Origin: Auanema rhodensis
Lineage: Eukaryota > Animalia > Nematoda
Direction of reading: 5' to 3'
Length of the DNA: 64,000 nucleotides
Assembly (NCBI GenBank): GCA_964057225.1
Contig: OZ059895.1
Location: 11,594,001 to 11,658,000 of the forward strand
Positions within the stretch are counted from its first letter, which is position 1. Each line of letters begins with the position of its first letter. Shown one piece after another: positions 43,257 to 58,200 of this stretch. Under the pieces are notes generated by a model that saw only the letters and a list, made by a program, of their open reading frames with translations, was not told the origin of the DNA and made no database searches. Position numbers and translations under genes: made by a program.

Positions 43257-46200
43257 CAAGCAGTTTTACTCAGATAGCTTAACCCAAGGCAGCAAATTAT
43301 CTTCAATATTATTTCTATCTTACAGTTATAAACCAATAGTTAATGAACCATCATCTTACCTTTACTGTTTCTATCTATTTCCTATCGAAAGCAACTTTGT
43401 TCAAACACTATACAACTGTGAAACCTTTTTTAATTTCTTGTATTTGGAGCTCATAAGATTTGATATCATCGAGGGATCCAGATAGAACGTGGAAAATTAC
43501 GTAACTAACATGAAATTGGAAAAAAACTATAACGAGGATAAGTATGTAAATCATTGAATATCAGATATTTTTGCTTACAACTATACCACGTTGTAAGTAC
43601 GCCATGCCGCTGATTTTCAATTTTAACTCTTTTGTAACAAATGTTTTCAATTTTCAAGCAGTTTTACTCAGATAGCTTAACCCAAGGCAGCAAATTATCT
43701 TCAATATTATTTCTACCTTACAGTTATAAACCAATAGTTAATGAACCATCATCTTACCTTTACTGTTTCTATCTATTTCCTATCGAAAGCAACTTTGTTC
43801 AAACACTATACAACTGTGACACCTTTTTCAATTTCTTGTATTTGGAGTTCATAAGATTTGATATCATCGAGGGATCCAGATAGAACGTGGAAAATTACAT
43901 AACTAACATGAAATTGGGAAAAAATTATAACGAGGATAAGTATGTGAAACATTGATTATCAGATATTTTCGCTTAGGACCATACCACGTTGAAAGTACGC
44001 CATGCCGCTGATTTTCAATTTTAACTCTTCTGTATTAAATGTTTTCAATTTTCAAGCAGTTTTACTCAGATAGCTTAACCCAAGGCAGCAAATTATCTTC
44101 AATATTATTTCTATCTTACAGTTATAAACCAATAGTTAATGAACCATCATCTTACCTTTACTGTTTCTATCTATTTCCTATCGAAAGCAACTTCGTTCAA
44201 ACACTATACAACTGTGAAACCTTTTTTAATTTCTTGTATTTGTAGCTCATAAGATTTGATATCATTGAGGGATTTAGATAGAACGTGGAAAATTACATAA
44301 CTACCATGAAATTGGAAAAAACTATAACGAGGATAAGTATGTGAAACATTGATTATCAGATATTTTCGCTTAGGACCATACCACGTTGTAAGTACGCCAT
44401 GCCGCTGATTTTCAATTTTAACTCTTTTGTAACAAATGTTTTCAATTTTCAAGCAGTTTTACTCAGATAGCTTAACCCAAGGCAGCAAATTATCTTCAAT
44501 ATTATTTCTATCTTACAGTTATAAACCAATAGTTAATGAACCATCATCTTACCTTTACTGTTTCTATCTATTTCCTATCGAAAGCAACTTTGTTCAAACA
44601 CTATACAACTGTGACACCTTTTTTAATTTCTTGTATTTGGAGTTCATAAGATTTGATATCATCGAGGGATCCAGATAGAACGTGGAAAATTACATAACTA
44701 ACATGAAATTGGGAAAAAATTATAACGAGGATAAGTATGTGAAACATTGATTATCAGATATTTTCGCTTACGACCATACCACGTTGAAAGTACGCCATGA
44801 CGCTGATTTTCAATTTTAACTCTTTTGTAACAAATGTTTTCAATTTTCAAGCAGTTTTACTTAGATAGCTCAACCCAAGGCAGCAATTTATCTTCAATAT
44901 TATTTCTATCTTACAGTTATAAACCAATAGTTAATGAACCATCATCTTACCTTTACTGTTTCTATCTATTTCCTATCGAAAGCAACTTCGTTCAAACACT
45001 ATACAACTGTGAAACCTTTTTTAATTTCTTGTATTTGGAGCTCATAAGATTTGATATCATTGAGGGATTTAGATAGAACGTGGAAAATTACATAACTACC
45101 ATGAAATTGGAAAAAACTATAACGAGGATAAGTATGTAAATCATTGAATATCAGATATTTTTGCTTACAACTATAGCACGTTGAAAGTACGCCATGCCGC
45201 TGATTTTCAATTTTAACTCTTTTGTAACAAATTTTTTCAATTTTCAAGCAGTTTTACTCAGATAGCTTAACCCAAGGCAGCAAATTATCTTCAATATTAT
45301 TTCTATCTTACAGTTATAAACCAATAGTTAATGAACCATCATCTTACCTTTACTGTTTCTATCTATTTCCTATCGAAAGCAACTTTGTTCAAACACTATA
45401 CAACTGTGAAACCTTTTTTAATTTCTTGTATTTGGAGCTCATAAGATTTGATATCATCGAGGGATCCAGATAGAACGTGGAAAATTACGTAACTAACATG
45501 AAATTGGAAAAAAACTATAACGAGGATAAGTATGTAAATCATTGAATATCAGATATTTTTGCTTACAACTATACCACGTTGTAAGTACGCCATGCCGCTG
45601 ATTTTCAATTTTAACTCTTTTGTAACAAATGTTTTCAATTTTCAAGCAGTTTTACTCAGATAGCTTAACCCAAGGCAGCAAATTATCTTCAATATTATTT
45701 CTATCTTACAGTTATAAACCAATAGTTAATGAACCATCATCTTACCTTTACTGTTCCTATCTATTTCCTATCGAAAGCAACTTTGTTCAAACACTATACA
45801 ACTGTGACACCTTTTTTAATTTCTTGTATTTGGAGTTCATAAGATTTGATATCATCGAGGGATCCAGATAGAACGTGGAAAATTACATAACTAACATGAA
45901 ATTGGGAAAAAATTATAACGAGGATAAGTATGTGAAACATTGATTATCAGATATTTTCGCTTACGACCATACCACGTTGAAAGTACGCCATGACGCTGAT
46001 TTTCAATTTTAACTCTTTTGTAACAAATGTTTTCAATTTTCAAGCAGTTTTACTTAGATAGCTCAACCCAAGGCAGCAATTTATCTTCAATATTATTTCT
46101 ATCTTACAGTTATAAACCAATAGTTAATGAACCATCATCTTACCTTTACTGTTTCTATCTATTTCCTATCGAAAGCAACTTCGTTCAAACACTATACAAC

Positions 46201-49200
46201 TGTGAAACCTTTTTCAATTTCTTGTATTTGGAGCTCATAAGATTTGATATCATTGAGGGATTTAGATAGAACGTGGAAAATTACATAACTACCATGAAAT
46301 TGGAAAAAACTATAACGAGGATAAGTATGTAAATCATTGAATATCAGATATTTTTGCTTACAACTATAGCACGTTGTAAGTACGCCATGCCGCTGATTTT
46401 CAATTTTAACTCTTTTGTAACAAATGTTTTCAATTTTCAAGCAGTTTTACTCAGATAGCTTAACCCAAGGCAGCAAATTATCTTCAATATTATTTCTATC
46501 TTACAGTTATAAACCAATAGTTAATGAACCATCATCTTACCTTTACTGTTTCTATCTATTTCCTATCAAAAGCAACTTTGTTCAAACACTATACAACTGT
46601 GACACCTTTTTTAATTTCTTGTATTTGGAGTTCATAAGATTTGATATCATCGAGGGATCCAGATAGAACGTGGAAAATTACATAACTAACATGAAATTGG
46701 GAAAAAACTATAACGAGGATAAGTATGTAAATCATTGAATATCAGATATTTTTGCTTACAACTATAGCACGTTGTAAGTACGCCATGCCGCTGATTTTCA
46801 ATTTTAACTCTTTTGTAACAAATGTTTTCAATTTTCAAGCAGTTTTACTCAGATAGCTTAACCCAAGGCAGCAAATTATCTTCAATATTATTTCTATCTT
46901 ACAGTTATAAACCAATAGTTAATGAACCATCATCTTACCTTTACTGTTTCTATCTATTTCCTATCAAAAGCAACTTTGTTCAAACACTATACAACTGTGA
47001 CACCTTTTTTAATTTCTTGTATTTGGAGTTCATAAGATTTGATATCATCGAGGGATCCAGATAGAACGTGGAAAATTACATAACTAACATGAAATTGGGA
47101 AAAAACTATAACGAGGATAAGTATGTGAATCATTGAATATCAGATATTTTCGCTTAGGACCATACCACGTTGAAAGTACGCCATGCCGCTGATTTTCAAT
47201 TTTAACTCTTCTGTATTAAATGTTTTCAATTTTCAAGCAGTTTTACTCAGATAGCTTAACCCAAGGCAGCAAATTATCTTCAATATTATTTCTATCTTAC
47301 AGTTATAAACCAATAGTTAATGAACCATCATCTTACCTTTACTGTTTCTATCTATTTCCTATCGAAAGCAACTTCGTTCAAACACTATACAACTGTGAAA
47401 CCTTTTTTAATTTCTTGTATTTGTAGCTCATAAGATTTGATATCATTGAGGGATTTAGATAGAACGTGGAAAATTACATAACTACCATGAAATTGGAAAA
47501 AACTATAACGAGGATAAGTATGTGAAACATTGATTATCAGATATTTTCGCTTAGGACCATACCACGTTGTAAGTACGCCATGCCGCTGATTTTCAATTTT
47601 AACTCTTTTGTAACAAATGTTTTCAATTTTCAAGCAGTTTTACTCAGATAGCTTAACCCAAGGCAGCAAATTATCTTCAATATTATTTCTATCTTACAGT
47701 TATAAACCAATAGTTAATGAACCATCATCTTACCTTTACTGTTTCTATCTATTTCCTATCGAAAGCAACTTTGTTCAAACACTATACAACTGTGACACCT
47801 TTTTTAATTTCTTGTATTTGGAGTTCATAAGATTTGATATCATCGAGGGATCCAGATAGAACGTGGAAAATTACATAACTAACATGAAATTGGGAAAAAA
47901 TTATAACGAGGATAAGTATGTGAAACATTGATTATCAGATATTTTCGCTTACGACCATACCACGTTGAAAGTACGCCATGACGCTGATTTTCAATTTTAA
48001 CTCTTTTGTAACAAATGTTTTCAATTTTCAAGCAGTTTTACTTAGATAGCTCAACCCAAGGCAGCAATTTATCTTCAATATTATTTCTATCTTACAGTTA
48101 TAAACCAATAGTTAATGAACCATCATCTTACCTTTACTGTTTCTATCTATTTCCTATCAAAAGCAACTTTGTTCAAACACTATACAACTGTGACACCTTT
48201 TTTAATTTCTTGTATTTGGAGTTCATAAGATTTGATATCATCGAGGGATCCAGATAGAACGTGGAAAATTACATAACTAACATGAAATTGGGAAAAAACT
48301 ATAACGAGGATAAGTATGTGAATCATTGAATATCAGATATTTTCGCTTAGGACCATACCACGTTGAAAGTACGCCATGCCGCTGATTTTCAATTTTAACT
48401 CTTTTGTAACAAATGTTTTCAATTTTCAAGCAGTTTTACTCAGATAGCTTAACCCAAGGCAGCAAATTATCTTCAATATTATTTCTATCTTACAGTTATA
48501 AACCAATAGTTAATGAACCATCATCTTACCTTTACTGTTTCTATCTATTTCCTATCGAAAGCAACTTTGTTCAAACACTATACAACTGTGAAACCTTTTT
48601 TAATTTTTTGTATTTGGAGCTCATAAGATTTGATATCATCGAGGGATCCAGATAGAACGTGGAAAATTACATAACTAACATGAAATTGGGAGAAAATTAT
48701 AACGAGGATAAATATGTGAAACATTGATTATCAGATATTTTCGCTTAGGACCATACCACGTTGAAAGTACGCCATGCCGCTGATTTTCAATTTTAACTCT
48801 TCTGTATTAAATGTTTTCAATTTTCAAGCTGTTTTACTCAGATAGCTCAACCCAAGGCAGCAAACTATCTTCAATATTATTTCTATCTTACAGTTATAAA
48901 CCAATAGTTAATGAACCATCATCTTACCTTTACTGTTTCTATCTATTTCCTTTCGAAACCAACTTTGTTCAAAAACTATACAACTGTGAAACCTTTTTTA
49001 ATTTCTTGTATTTGGAGCTCATAAGATTTGATATCATTGAGGAATCCAGATAGAACGTGGAAAATTACGTAATTAACATGAAATTGGAAGAAACTATAAC
49101 GAGGATAAGTATGTGAATCATTGAATATCAGATATTTTCGCTTAGGACCATACCACGTTGAAAGTACGCCATGCCGCTGATTTTCAATTTTAACTCTTCT

Positions 49201-52200
49201 GTATTAAATGTTTTCAATTTTCAAGCAGTTTTACTCAGATAGCTTAACCCAAGGCAGCAAATTATCTTCAATATTATTTCTATCTTACAGTTATAAACCA
49301 ATAGTTAATGAACCATCATCTTACTTTTACTGTTTCTATCTATTTCCTATCGAAAGCAACTTCGTTCAAACACTATACAACTGTGAAACCTTTTTTAATT
49401 TCTTGTATTTGTAGCTCATAAGATTTGATATCATTGAGGGATTTAGATAGAACGTGGAAAATTACATAACTACCATGAAATTGTAAAAAACTATAACGAG
49501 GATAAGTATGTAAATCATTGAATATCAGATATTTTTGCCCACAACTGTACCACATTGTAAGTACGCCATGCCGCTGATTTTCAATTTTAACTCTTTTGTA
49601 ACAAATGTTTTCAATTTTCAAGCAGTTTTACTCAGATAGCTTAACCCAAAGCAGCAAATTATCTTCAATATTATTTCTATCTTACAGTTATAAACCAATA
49701 GTTAATGAACCATCATCTTACCTTTACTGTTTCTATCTATTTCCTATCGAAAGCAACTTAGTTCAAACACTATACAACTGTGACACCTTTTTTAATTTCT
49801 TGTATTTGGAGTTCATAAGATTTGATATCATCGAGGGATCCAGATAGAACGTGGAAAATCACATAACTAACATGAAATTGGGAAAAAACTATAACGAGGA
49901 TAAGTATGTGAATCATTGAATATCAGATATTTTCGCTTAGGACCATACCACGTTGAAAGTACGCCATGCCGCTGATTTTCAATTTTAACTGTTTTGTAAC
50001 AAATGTTTTCAATTTTCAAGCAGTTTTACTCAGATAGCTTAACCCAAGGCAGCAAATTATCTTCAATATTATTTCTATCTTACAGTTATAAACCAATAGT
50101 TAATGAACCATCATCTTACCTTTACTATTTCTATCTATTTCCTATCAAAACCAACTTTGTTCAAACACTATACAACTGAGAAGCCTTTTTTAATTTCTTG
50201 TATTTGGAGTTCATAAGATTTGATATCATTGAGGGATTTAGATAGAACGTGGAAAATTACATAACTACCATGAAATTGGAAAAAACTATAACGAGGATAA
50301 GTATGTAAATCATTGACTATCAGATATTTTTGCTTACAACTATACCACGTTGTAAGTACGCCATGCCGCTGATTTTCAATTTTAACTTTTTTGTAACAAA
50401 TGTTTTCAATTTTCAAGCAGTTTTACTCAGATAGCTTAACCCAAAGCAGCAAATTATCTTCAATATTATTTCTATCTCACAGTTATAAACCAATAGTTAA
50501 TGAACCATCATCTTACCTTTACTGTTTCTATCTATTTCCTATCGAAACCAACTTTGTTCAAAAACTATACAACTGTGAAACCTTTTTCAATTTTTTGTAT
50601 TTGGAGCTCATAAGATTTGATATCATTGAGGGATCCAGATAGAACGTGGAAAATTACATAACTAACATGAAATTGGGAAAAAACTATAACGAGGATAAGT
50701 ATGTGAATCATTGAATATCAGATATTTTCGCTTAGGACCATACCACGTTGAAAGTACGCCATGCCGCTGATTTTCAATTTTAACTCTTTTGTAACAAATG
50801 TTTTCAATTTTCAAGCAGTTTTACTCAGATAGCTTAACCCAAAGCAGCCAATTATCTTCAATATTATTTCTATCTCACAGTTATAAACCAATAGTTAATG
50901 AACCATCATCTTACCTTTACTGTTTCTATCTATTTCCTATCGAAAGCAACTTTGTTCGAACACTATACAACTGTGAAACCTTTTTTAATTTCTTGTATTT
51001 GGAGCTCATAAGATTTGATATCATAGAGGGATCCAGATAGAACGTGGAAAATTACGTAACTAACATAAAATTGGAAAAAACTATAACGAGGATAAGTATG
51101 TGAATCATTGAATATCAGATATTTTCGCTTAGGACCATACCACGTTGAAAGTACGCCATGCTTCTGATTTTCAATTTTAACTCTTCTGTATTAAATGTTT
51201 TCAATTTTCAAGCAGTTTTACTTAGAAAGCTCAACCCAAAGCAGCAAATTATCTTCAATATTATTTCTATCTTACAGTTATAAACCAATAGTTAATGAAC
51301 CATCATCTTACCTTTACTGTTTCTATCTATTTCCTTTCGAAACCAACTTTGTTCAAAAACTATACAACTGTGAAACCTTTTTTAATTTCTTGTATTTGGA
51401 GCTCATAAGATTTGATATCATTGAAGGATCCAGATAGAACGTGGAAAATTACGTAACTAACATGAAATTGGAAAAAACTATAACGAGGATAAGTATGTAA
51501 ATCATTGAATATCAGATATTTTTGCTTACAACTATACCACGTTGTAAGTACGCCATGCCGCTGATTTTCAATTTTAACTCTTTTGTAACAAATGTTTTCA
51601 ATTTTTAAGCAGATTTACTCAGATAGCTTAACCCAAGGCAGCAAATTATCTTCAATATTATTTCTATCTTACAGTTATAAACCAATAGTTAATGAACCAT
51701 CATCTTACCTTTACTGTTTCTATCTATTTCCTATCAAAAGCAACTTTGTTCAAACACTATACAACTGTGACACCTTTTTTAATTTCTTGTATTTGGAGTT
51801 CATAAGATTTGATATCATCGAGGGATCCAGATAGAACGTGGAAAATTACATAACTAACATGAAATTGGGAAAAAACTATAACGAGGATAAGTATGTGAAT
51901 CATTGAATATCAGATATTTTCGCTTAGGACCATACCACGTTGAAAGTACGCCATGCCGCTGATTTTCAATTTTAACTCTTTTGTAACAAATGTTTTCAAT
52001 TTTCAAGCAGTTTTACTCAGATAGCTTAACCCAAGGCAGCAAATTATCTTCAATATTATTTCTATCTTACAGTTATAAACCAATAGTTAATGAACCATCA
52101 TCTTACCTTTACTGTTTCTATCTATTTCCTATCGAAAGCAACTTTGTTCAAACACTATACAACTGTGAAACCTTTTTTAATTTTTTGTATTTGGAGCTCA

Positions 52201-55200
52201 TAAGATTTGATATCATCGAGGGATCCAGATAGAACGTGGAAAATTACATAACTAACATGAAATTGGGAAAAAATTATAACGAGGATAAATATGTGAAACA
52301 TTGATTATCAGATATTTTCGCTTAGGACCATACCACGTTGAAAGTACGCCATGCCGCTGATTTTCAATTTTAACTCTTCTGTATTAAATGTTTTCAATTT
52401 TCAAGCAGTTTTACTCAGATAGCTCAACCCAAGGCAGCAAATTATCTTCAATATTATTTCTATCTTACAGTTATAAACCAATAGTTAATGAACCATCATC
52501 TTACCTTTACTGTTTCTATCTATTTCCTTTCGAAACCAACTTTGTTCAAAAACTATACAACTGTGAAACCTTTTTTAATTTCTTGTATTTGGAGCTCATA
52601 AGATTTGATATCATTGAAGGATCCAGATAGAACGTGGAAAATTACGTAACTTACATGAAATTGGAAAAAACTATAACGAGGATAAGTATGTAAATCATTG
52701 AATATCAGATATTTTTGCTTACAACTATACCACGTTGTAAGTACGCCATGCCGCTGATTTTCAATTTTAACTCTTTTGTAACAAATGTTTTCAATTTTCA
52801 AGCAGTTTTACTCAGATAGCTTAACCCAAGGCAGCAAATTATCTTCAATATTATTTCTATCTTACAGTTATAAACCAATAGTTAATGAACCATCATCTTA
52901 CCTTTACTGTTTCTATCTATTTCCTATCGAAAGCAACTTCGTTCAAACACTATACAACTGTGAAACCTTTTTTAATTTCTTGTATTTGCAGCTCATAAGA
53001 TTTGATATCATTGAGGGATTTAGATAGAACGTGGAAAATTACATAACTACCATAAAATTGGAAAAAACTATAACGAGGATAAGTATGTAAATCATTGAAT
53101 ATCAGATATTTTTGCTTACAACTATACCACGTTGTAAGTACGCCATGCCGCTGATTTTCAATTTTAACTCTTTTGTAACAAATGTTTTCAATTTTCAAGC
53201 AGTTTTACTCAGATAGCTTAACCCAAGGCAGCAAATTATCTTCAATATTATTTCTATCTTACAGTTATAAACCAATAGTTAATGAACCATCATCTTACCT
53301 TAACTGTTTCTATCTATTTCCTATCGAAAGCAACTTTGTTCAAACACTATACAACTGTGACACCTTTTTTAATTTCTTGTATTTGGAGTTCATAAGATTT
53401 GATATCATCGAGGGATCCAGATAGAACGTGGAAAATTACATAACTAACATGAAATTGGGAAAAAACTATAACGAGGATAAGTATGTGAATCATTGAATAT
53501 CAGATATTTTCGCTTAGGACCATACCACGTTGAAAGTACGCCATGCCGCTGATTTTCAATTTTAACTCTTTTGTAACAAATGTTTTCAATTTTCAAGCAG
53601 TTTTACTCAGATAGCTTAACCCAAGGCAGCAAATTATCTTCAATATTATTTCTATCTTACAGTTATAAACCAATAGTTAATGAACCATCATCTTACCTTT
53701 ACTATTTCTATCTATTTCCTATCAAAACCAACTTTGTTCAAACACTATACAACTGAGAAACCTTTTTTAATTTCTTGTATTTGGAGCTCATAAGATTTGA
53801 TATCATTGAAGGATCCAGATAGAACGTGGAAAATTACGTAACTTACATGAAATTGGAAAAAACTATAACGAGGATAAGTATGTAAATCATTGAATATCAG
53901 ATATTTTTGCTTACAACTATACCACGTTGTAAGTACGCCATGCCGCTGATTTTCAATTTTAACTCTTTTGTAACAAATGTTTTCAATTTTCAAGCAGTTT
54001 TACTCAGATAGCTTAACCCAAGGCAGCAAATTATCTTCAATATTATTTCTATCTTACAGTTATAAACCAATAGTTAATGAACCATCATCTTACCTTTACT
54101 GTTTCTATCTATTTCCTATCGAAAGCAACTTCGTTCAAACACTATACAACTGTGAAACCTTTTTTAATTTCTTGTATTTGCAGCTCATAAGATTTGATAT
54201 CATTGAGGGATTTAGATAGAACGTGGAAAATTACATAACTACCATAAAATTGGAAAAAACTATAACGAGGATAAGTATGTAAATCATTGAATATCAGATA
54301 TTTTTGCTTACAACTATACCACGTTGTAAGTACGCCATGCCGCTGATTTTCAATTTTAACTCTTTTGTAACAAATGTTTTCAATTTTCAAGCAGTTTTAC
54401 TCAGATAGCTTAACCCAAGGCAGCAAATTATCTTCAATATTATTTCTATCTTACAGTTATAAACCAATAGTTAATGAACCATCATCTTACCTTTACTATT
54501 TCTATCTATTTCCTATCAAAACCAACTTTGTTCAAACACTATACAACTGAGAAGCCTTTTTTAATTTCTTGTATTTGGAGTTCATAAGATTTGATATCAT
54601 TGAGGGATTTAGATAGAACGTGGAAAATTACATAACTACCATGAAATTGGAAAAAACTATAACGAGGATAAGTATGTAAATCATTGAATATCAGATATTT
54701 TTGCTTACAACTATACCACGTTGTAAGTACGCCATGCCGCTGATTTTCAATTTTAACTCTTTTGTAACAAATGTTTTCAATTTTCAAGCAGTTTCACTCA
54801 GATAGCTTAACCCAAGGCAGCAAATTATCTTCAATATTATTTCTATCTCACAGTTATAAACCAATAGTTAATGAACCATCATCTTACCCTTACCGTTTCT
54901 ATCTATTTCCTATCGAAACCAACTTTGTTCAAAAACTATACAACTGTGAAACCTTTTTTAATTTCTTGTATTTGGAGCTCATAAGATTTGATATCATTGA
55001 GGGATCCAGATAGAACGTGGAAAATTACGTAACTAACATGAAATTGGAAAAAACTATAACGAGGATAAGTATGTAAATCATTGAATATCAGATATTTTTG
55101 CTTACAACTATAGCACGTTGTAAGTACGCCATGCCGCTGATTTTCAATTTTAACTCTTTTGTAACAAATGTTTTCAATTTTCAAGCAGTTTTACTCAGAT

Positions 55201-58200
55201 AGCTTAACCCAAGGCAGCAAATTATCTTCAATATTATTTCTATCTTACAGTTATAAACCAATAGTTAATGAACCATCATCTTACCTTTACTGTTTCTATC
55301 TATTTCCTTTCGAAACCAACTTTGTTCAAAAACTATACAACTGTGAAACCTTTTTTAATTTCTTGTATTTGGAGCTCATAAGATTTGATATCATTGAAGG
55401 ATCCAGATAGAACGTGGAAAATTACGTAACTTACATGAAATTGGAAAAAACTATAACGAGGATAAGTATGTAAATCATTGAATATCAGATATTTTTGCTT
55501 ACAACTATACCACGTTGTAAGTACGCCATGCCGCTGATTTTCAATTTTAACTCTTTTGTAACAAATGTTTTCAATTTTCAAGCAGTTTTACTCAGATAGC
55601 TCAACCCAAGGCAGCAAATTATCTTCAATATTATTTCTATCTTACAGTTATAAACCAATAGTTAATGAACCATCATCTTACCTTTACTGTTTCTATCTAT
55701 TTCCTATCGAAAGCAACTTCGTTCAAACACTATACAACTGTGAAACCTTTTTTAATTTCTTGTATTTGGAGCTCATAAGATTTGATATCATTGAGGGATT
55801 TAGATAGAACGTGGAAAATTACATAACTACCATGAAATTGGAAAAAACTATAACGAGGATAAGTATGTAAATCATTGAATATCAGATATTTTTGCTTACA
55901 ACTATACCACGTTGTAAGTACGCCATGCCGCTGATTTTCAATTTTAACTCTTTTATAACAAATGTTTTCAATTTTCAAGCAGTTTTACTCAGATAGCTTA
56001 ACCCAAGGCAGCAAATTATCTTCAATATTATTTCTATCTTACAGTTATAAACCAATAGTTAATGAACCATCATCTTACCTTAACTGTTTCTATCTATTTC
56101 CTATCGAAAGCAACTTTGTTCAAACACTATACAACTGTGACACCTTTTTTAATTTCTTGTATTTGGAGTTCATAAGATTTGATATCATTGAGGGATCCAG
56201 ATAGAACGTGGAAAATTACGTAACTAACATGAAATTGGGAAAAAACTATAACGAGGATAAGTATGTGAATCATTGAATATCAGATATTTTCGCTTAGGAC
56301 CATACCACGTTGAAAGTACGCCATGCCGCTGATTTTCAATTTTAACTCTTTTGTAACAAATGTTTTCAATTTTCAAGCAGTTTTACTCAGATAGCTTAAC
56401 TCAAGGCAGCAAATTATCTTCAATATTATTTCTATCTTACAGTTATAAACCAATAGTTAATGAACCATCATCTTACCTTTACTATTTCTATCTATTTCCT
56501 ATCAAAACCAACTTTGTTCAAACACTATACAACTGTGAAACCTTTTTTAATTTCTTGTATTTGGAGCTCAAAAGATATGATATTATTGAGGGATCCAGAT
56601 AGAACGTGGAAAATTACGTAACTAACATGAAAATGGAGAAAAATATAACGAGGATAAGTATGTGATTCATTGAATATCAGATATTTTCGCTTAGGACCAT
56701 ACCACGTTGAAAGTACGCCATGCCGCTGATTTTCAATTTTAACTCTTTTGTAACAAATGTTTTTAATTTTCAAGCAGTTTTACTCAGATAGCTTAACCCA
56801 AGGCAGCAAATTATCTTCAATATTATTTCTATCTTACAGTTATAAACCAATAGTTATTGAACCATCATCTTACCTTTACTGTTTCTATCTATTTCCTATC
56901 GAAAGCAACTTTGTTCAAACACTATACAACTGTGAAACCTTTTTTAATTTCTTGTATTTGGAGCTCATAAGATTTGATATCATCGAGGGATCCAGATAGA
57001 ACGTGGAAAATTACATAACTAACATGAAATTGGGAAAAAATTATAACGAGGATAAGTATGTGAAACATTGATTATCAGATATTTTCGCTTAGGACCATAC
57101 CACGTTGAAAGTACGCCATGCCGCTGATTTTCAATTTTAACTCTTTTGTAACAAATGTTTTCAATTTTTAAGCAGTTTTACTTAGATAGCTCAACCCAAG
57201 GCAGCAAATTATCTTCAATCTTTTTTCTATCTTTTAGTTATAAACCAGTAGTGAATGAACCATCATCTTACCCTTACCGTTTCTATCTATTTCCTATCGA
57301 AACCAACTTTGTTCGAAAACTATACAACTGTGAAACCTTCTTTATATTCTTGTATTTGGAGCTCATGAGATTTGATATCATTGAGGGATCCAGATAGAAC
57401 GTGGAAAATTACGTAACTAACATGAAATGGGAAAAAACAATAACGAGGATAAGTATGTAAATCATTGAATATCAGATATTTTTGCTTACAACTATACCAC
57501 GTTGTAAGTACGCCATGCCGCTGATTTTCAATTTTAACTCTTTTGTAACAAATGTTTTCAATTTTCAAGCAGTTTTACTCAGATAGCTTAACCCAAGGCA
57601 GCAAATTATCTTCAATATTATTTCTATCTTACAGTTATAAACCAATAGTTAATGAACCATCATCTTACCTTTACTGTTTCTATCTATTTCCTATCGAAAG
57701 CAACTTTGTTCAAACACTATACAACTGTGAAACCTTTTTTAATTTCTTGTATTTGGAGCTCATAAGATTTGATATCATCGAGGGATCCAGATAGAACGTG
57801 GAAAATTACATAACTAACATGAAATTGGGAAAAAATTATAACGAGGATAAGTATGTGAAACATTGATTATCAGATATTTTCGCTTAGGACCATACCACGT
57901 TGAAAGTACGCCATGCCGCTGATTTTCAATTTTAACTCTTTTGTAACAAATGTTTTCAATTTTCAAGCAGTTTTACTTAGAAAGCTCAACCCAAGGCAGC
58001 AAACTATCTTCAATATTATTTCTATCTTACAGTTATAAACCAATAGTTAATGAACCATCATCTTACCTTTACTGTTTCTATCTATTTCCTATCGAAAGCA
58101 ACTTTGTTCAAACACTATACAACTGTGAAACCTTTTTTAATTTCTTGTATTTGGAGCTCATAAGATTTGATATCATCGAGGGATCCAGATAGAACGTGGA

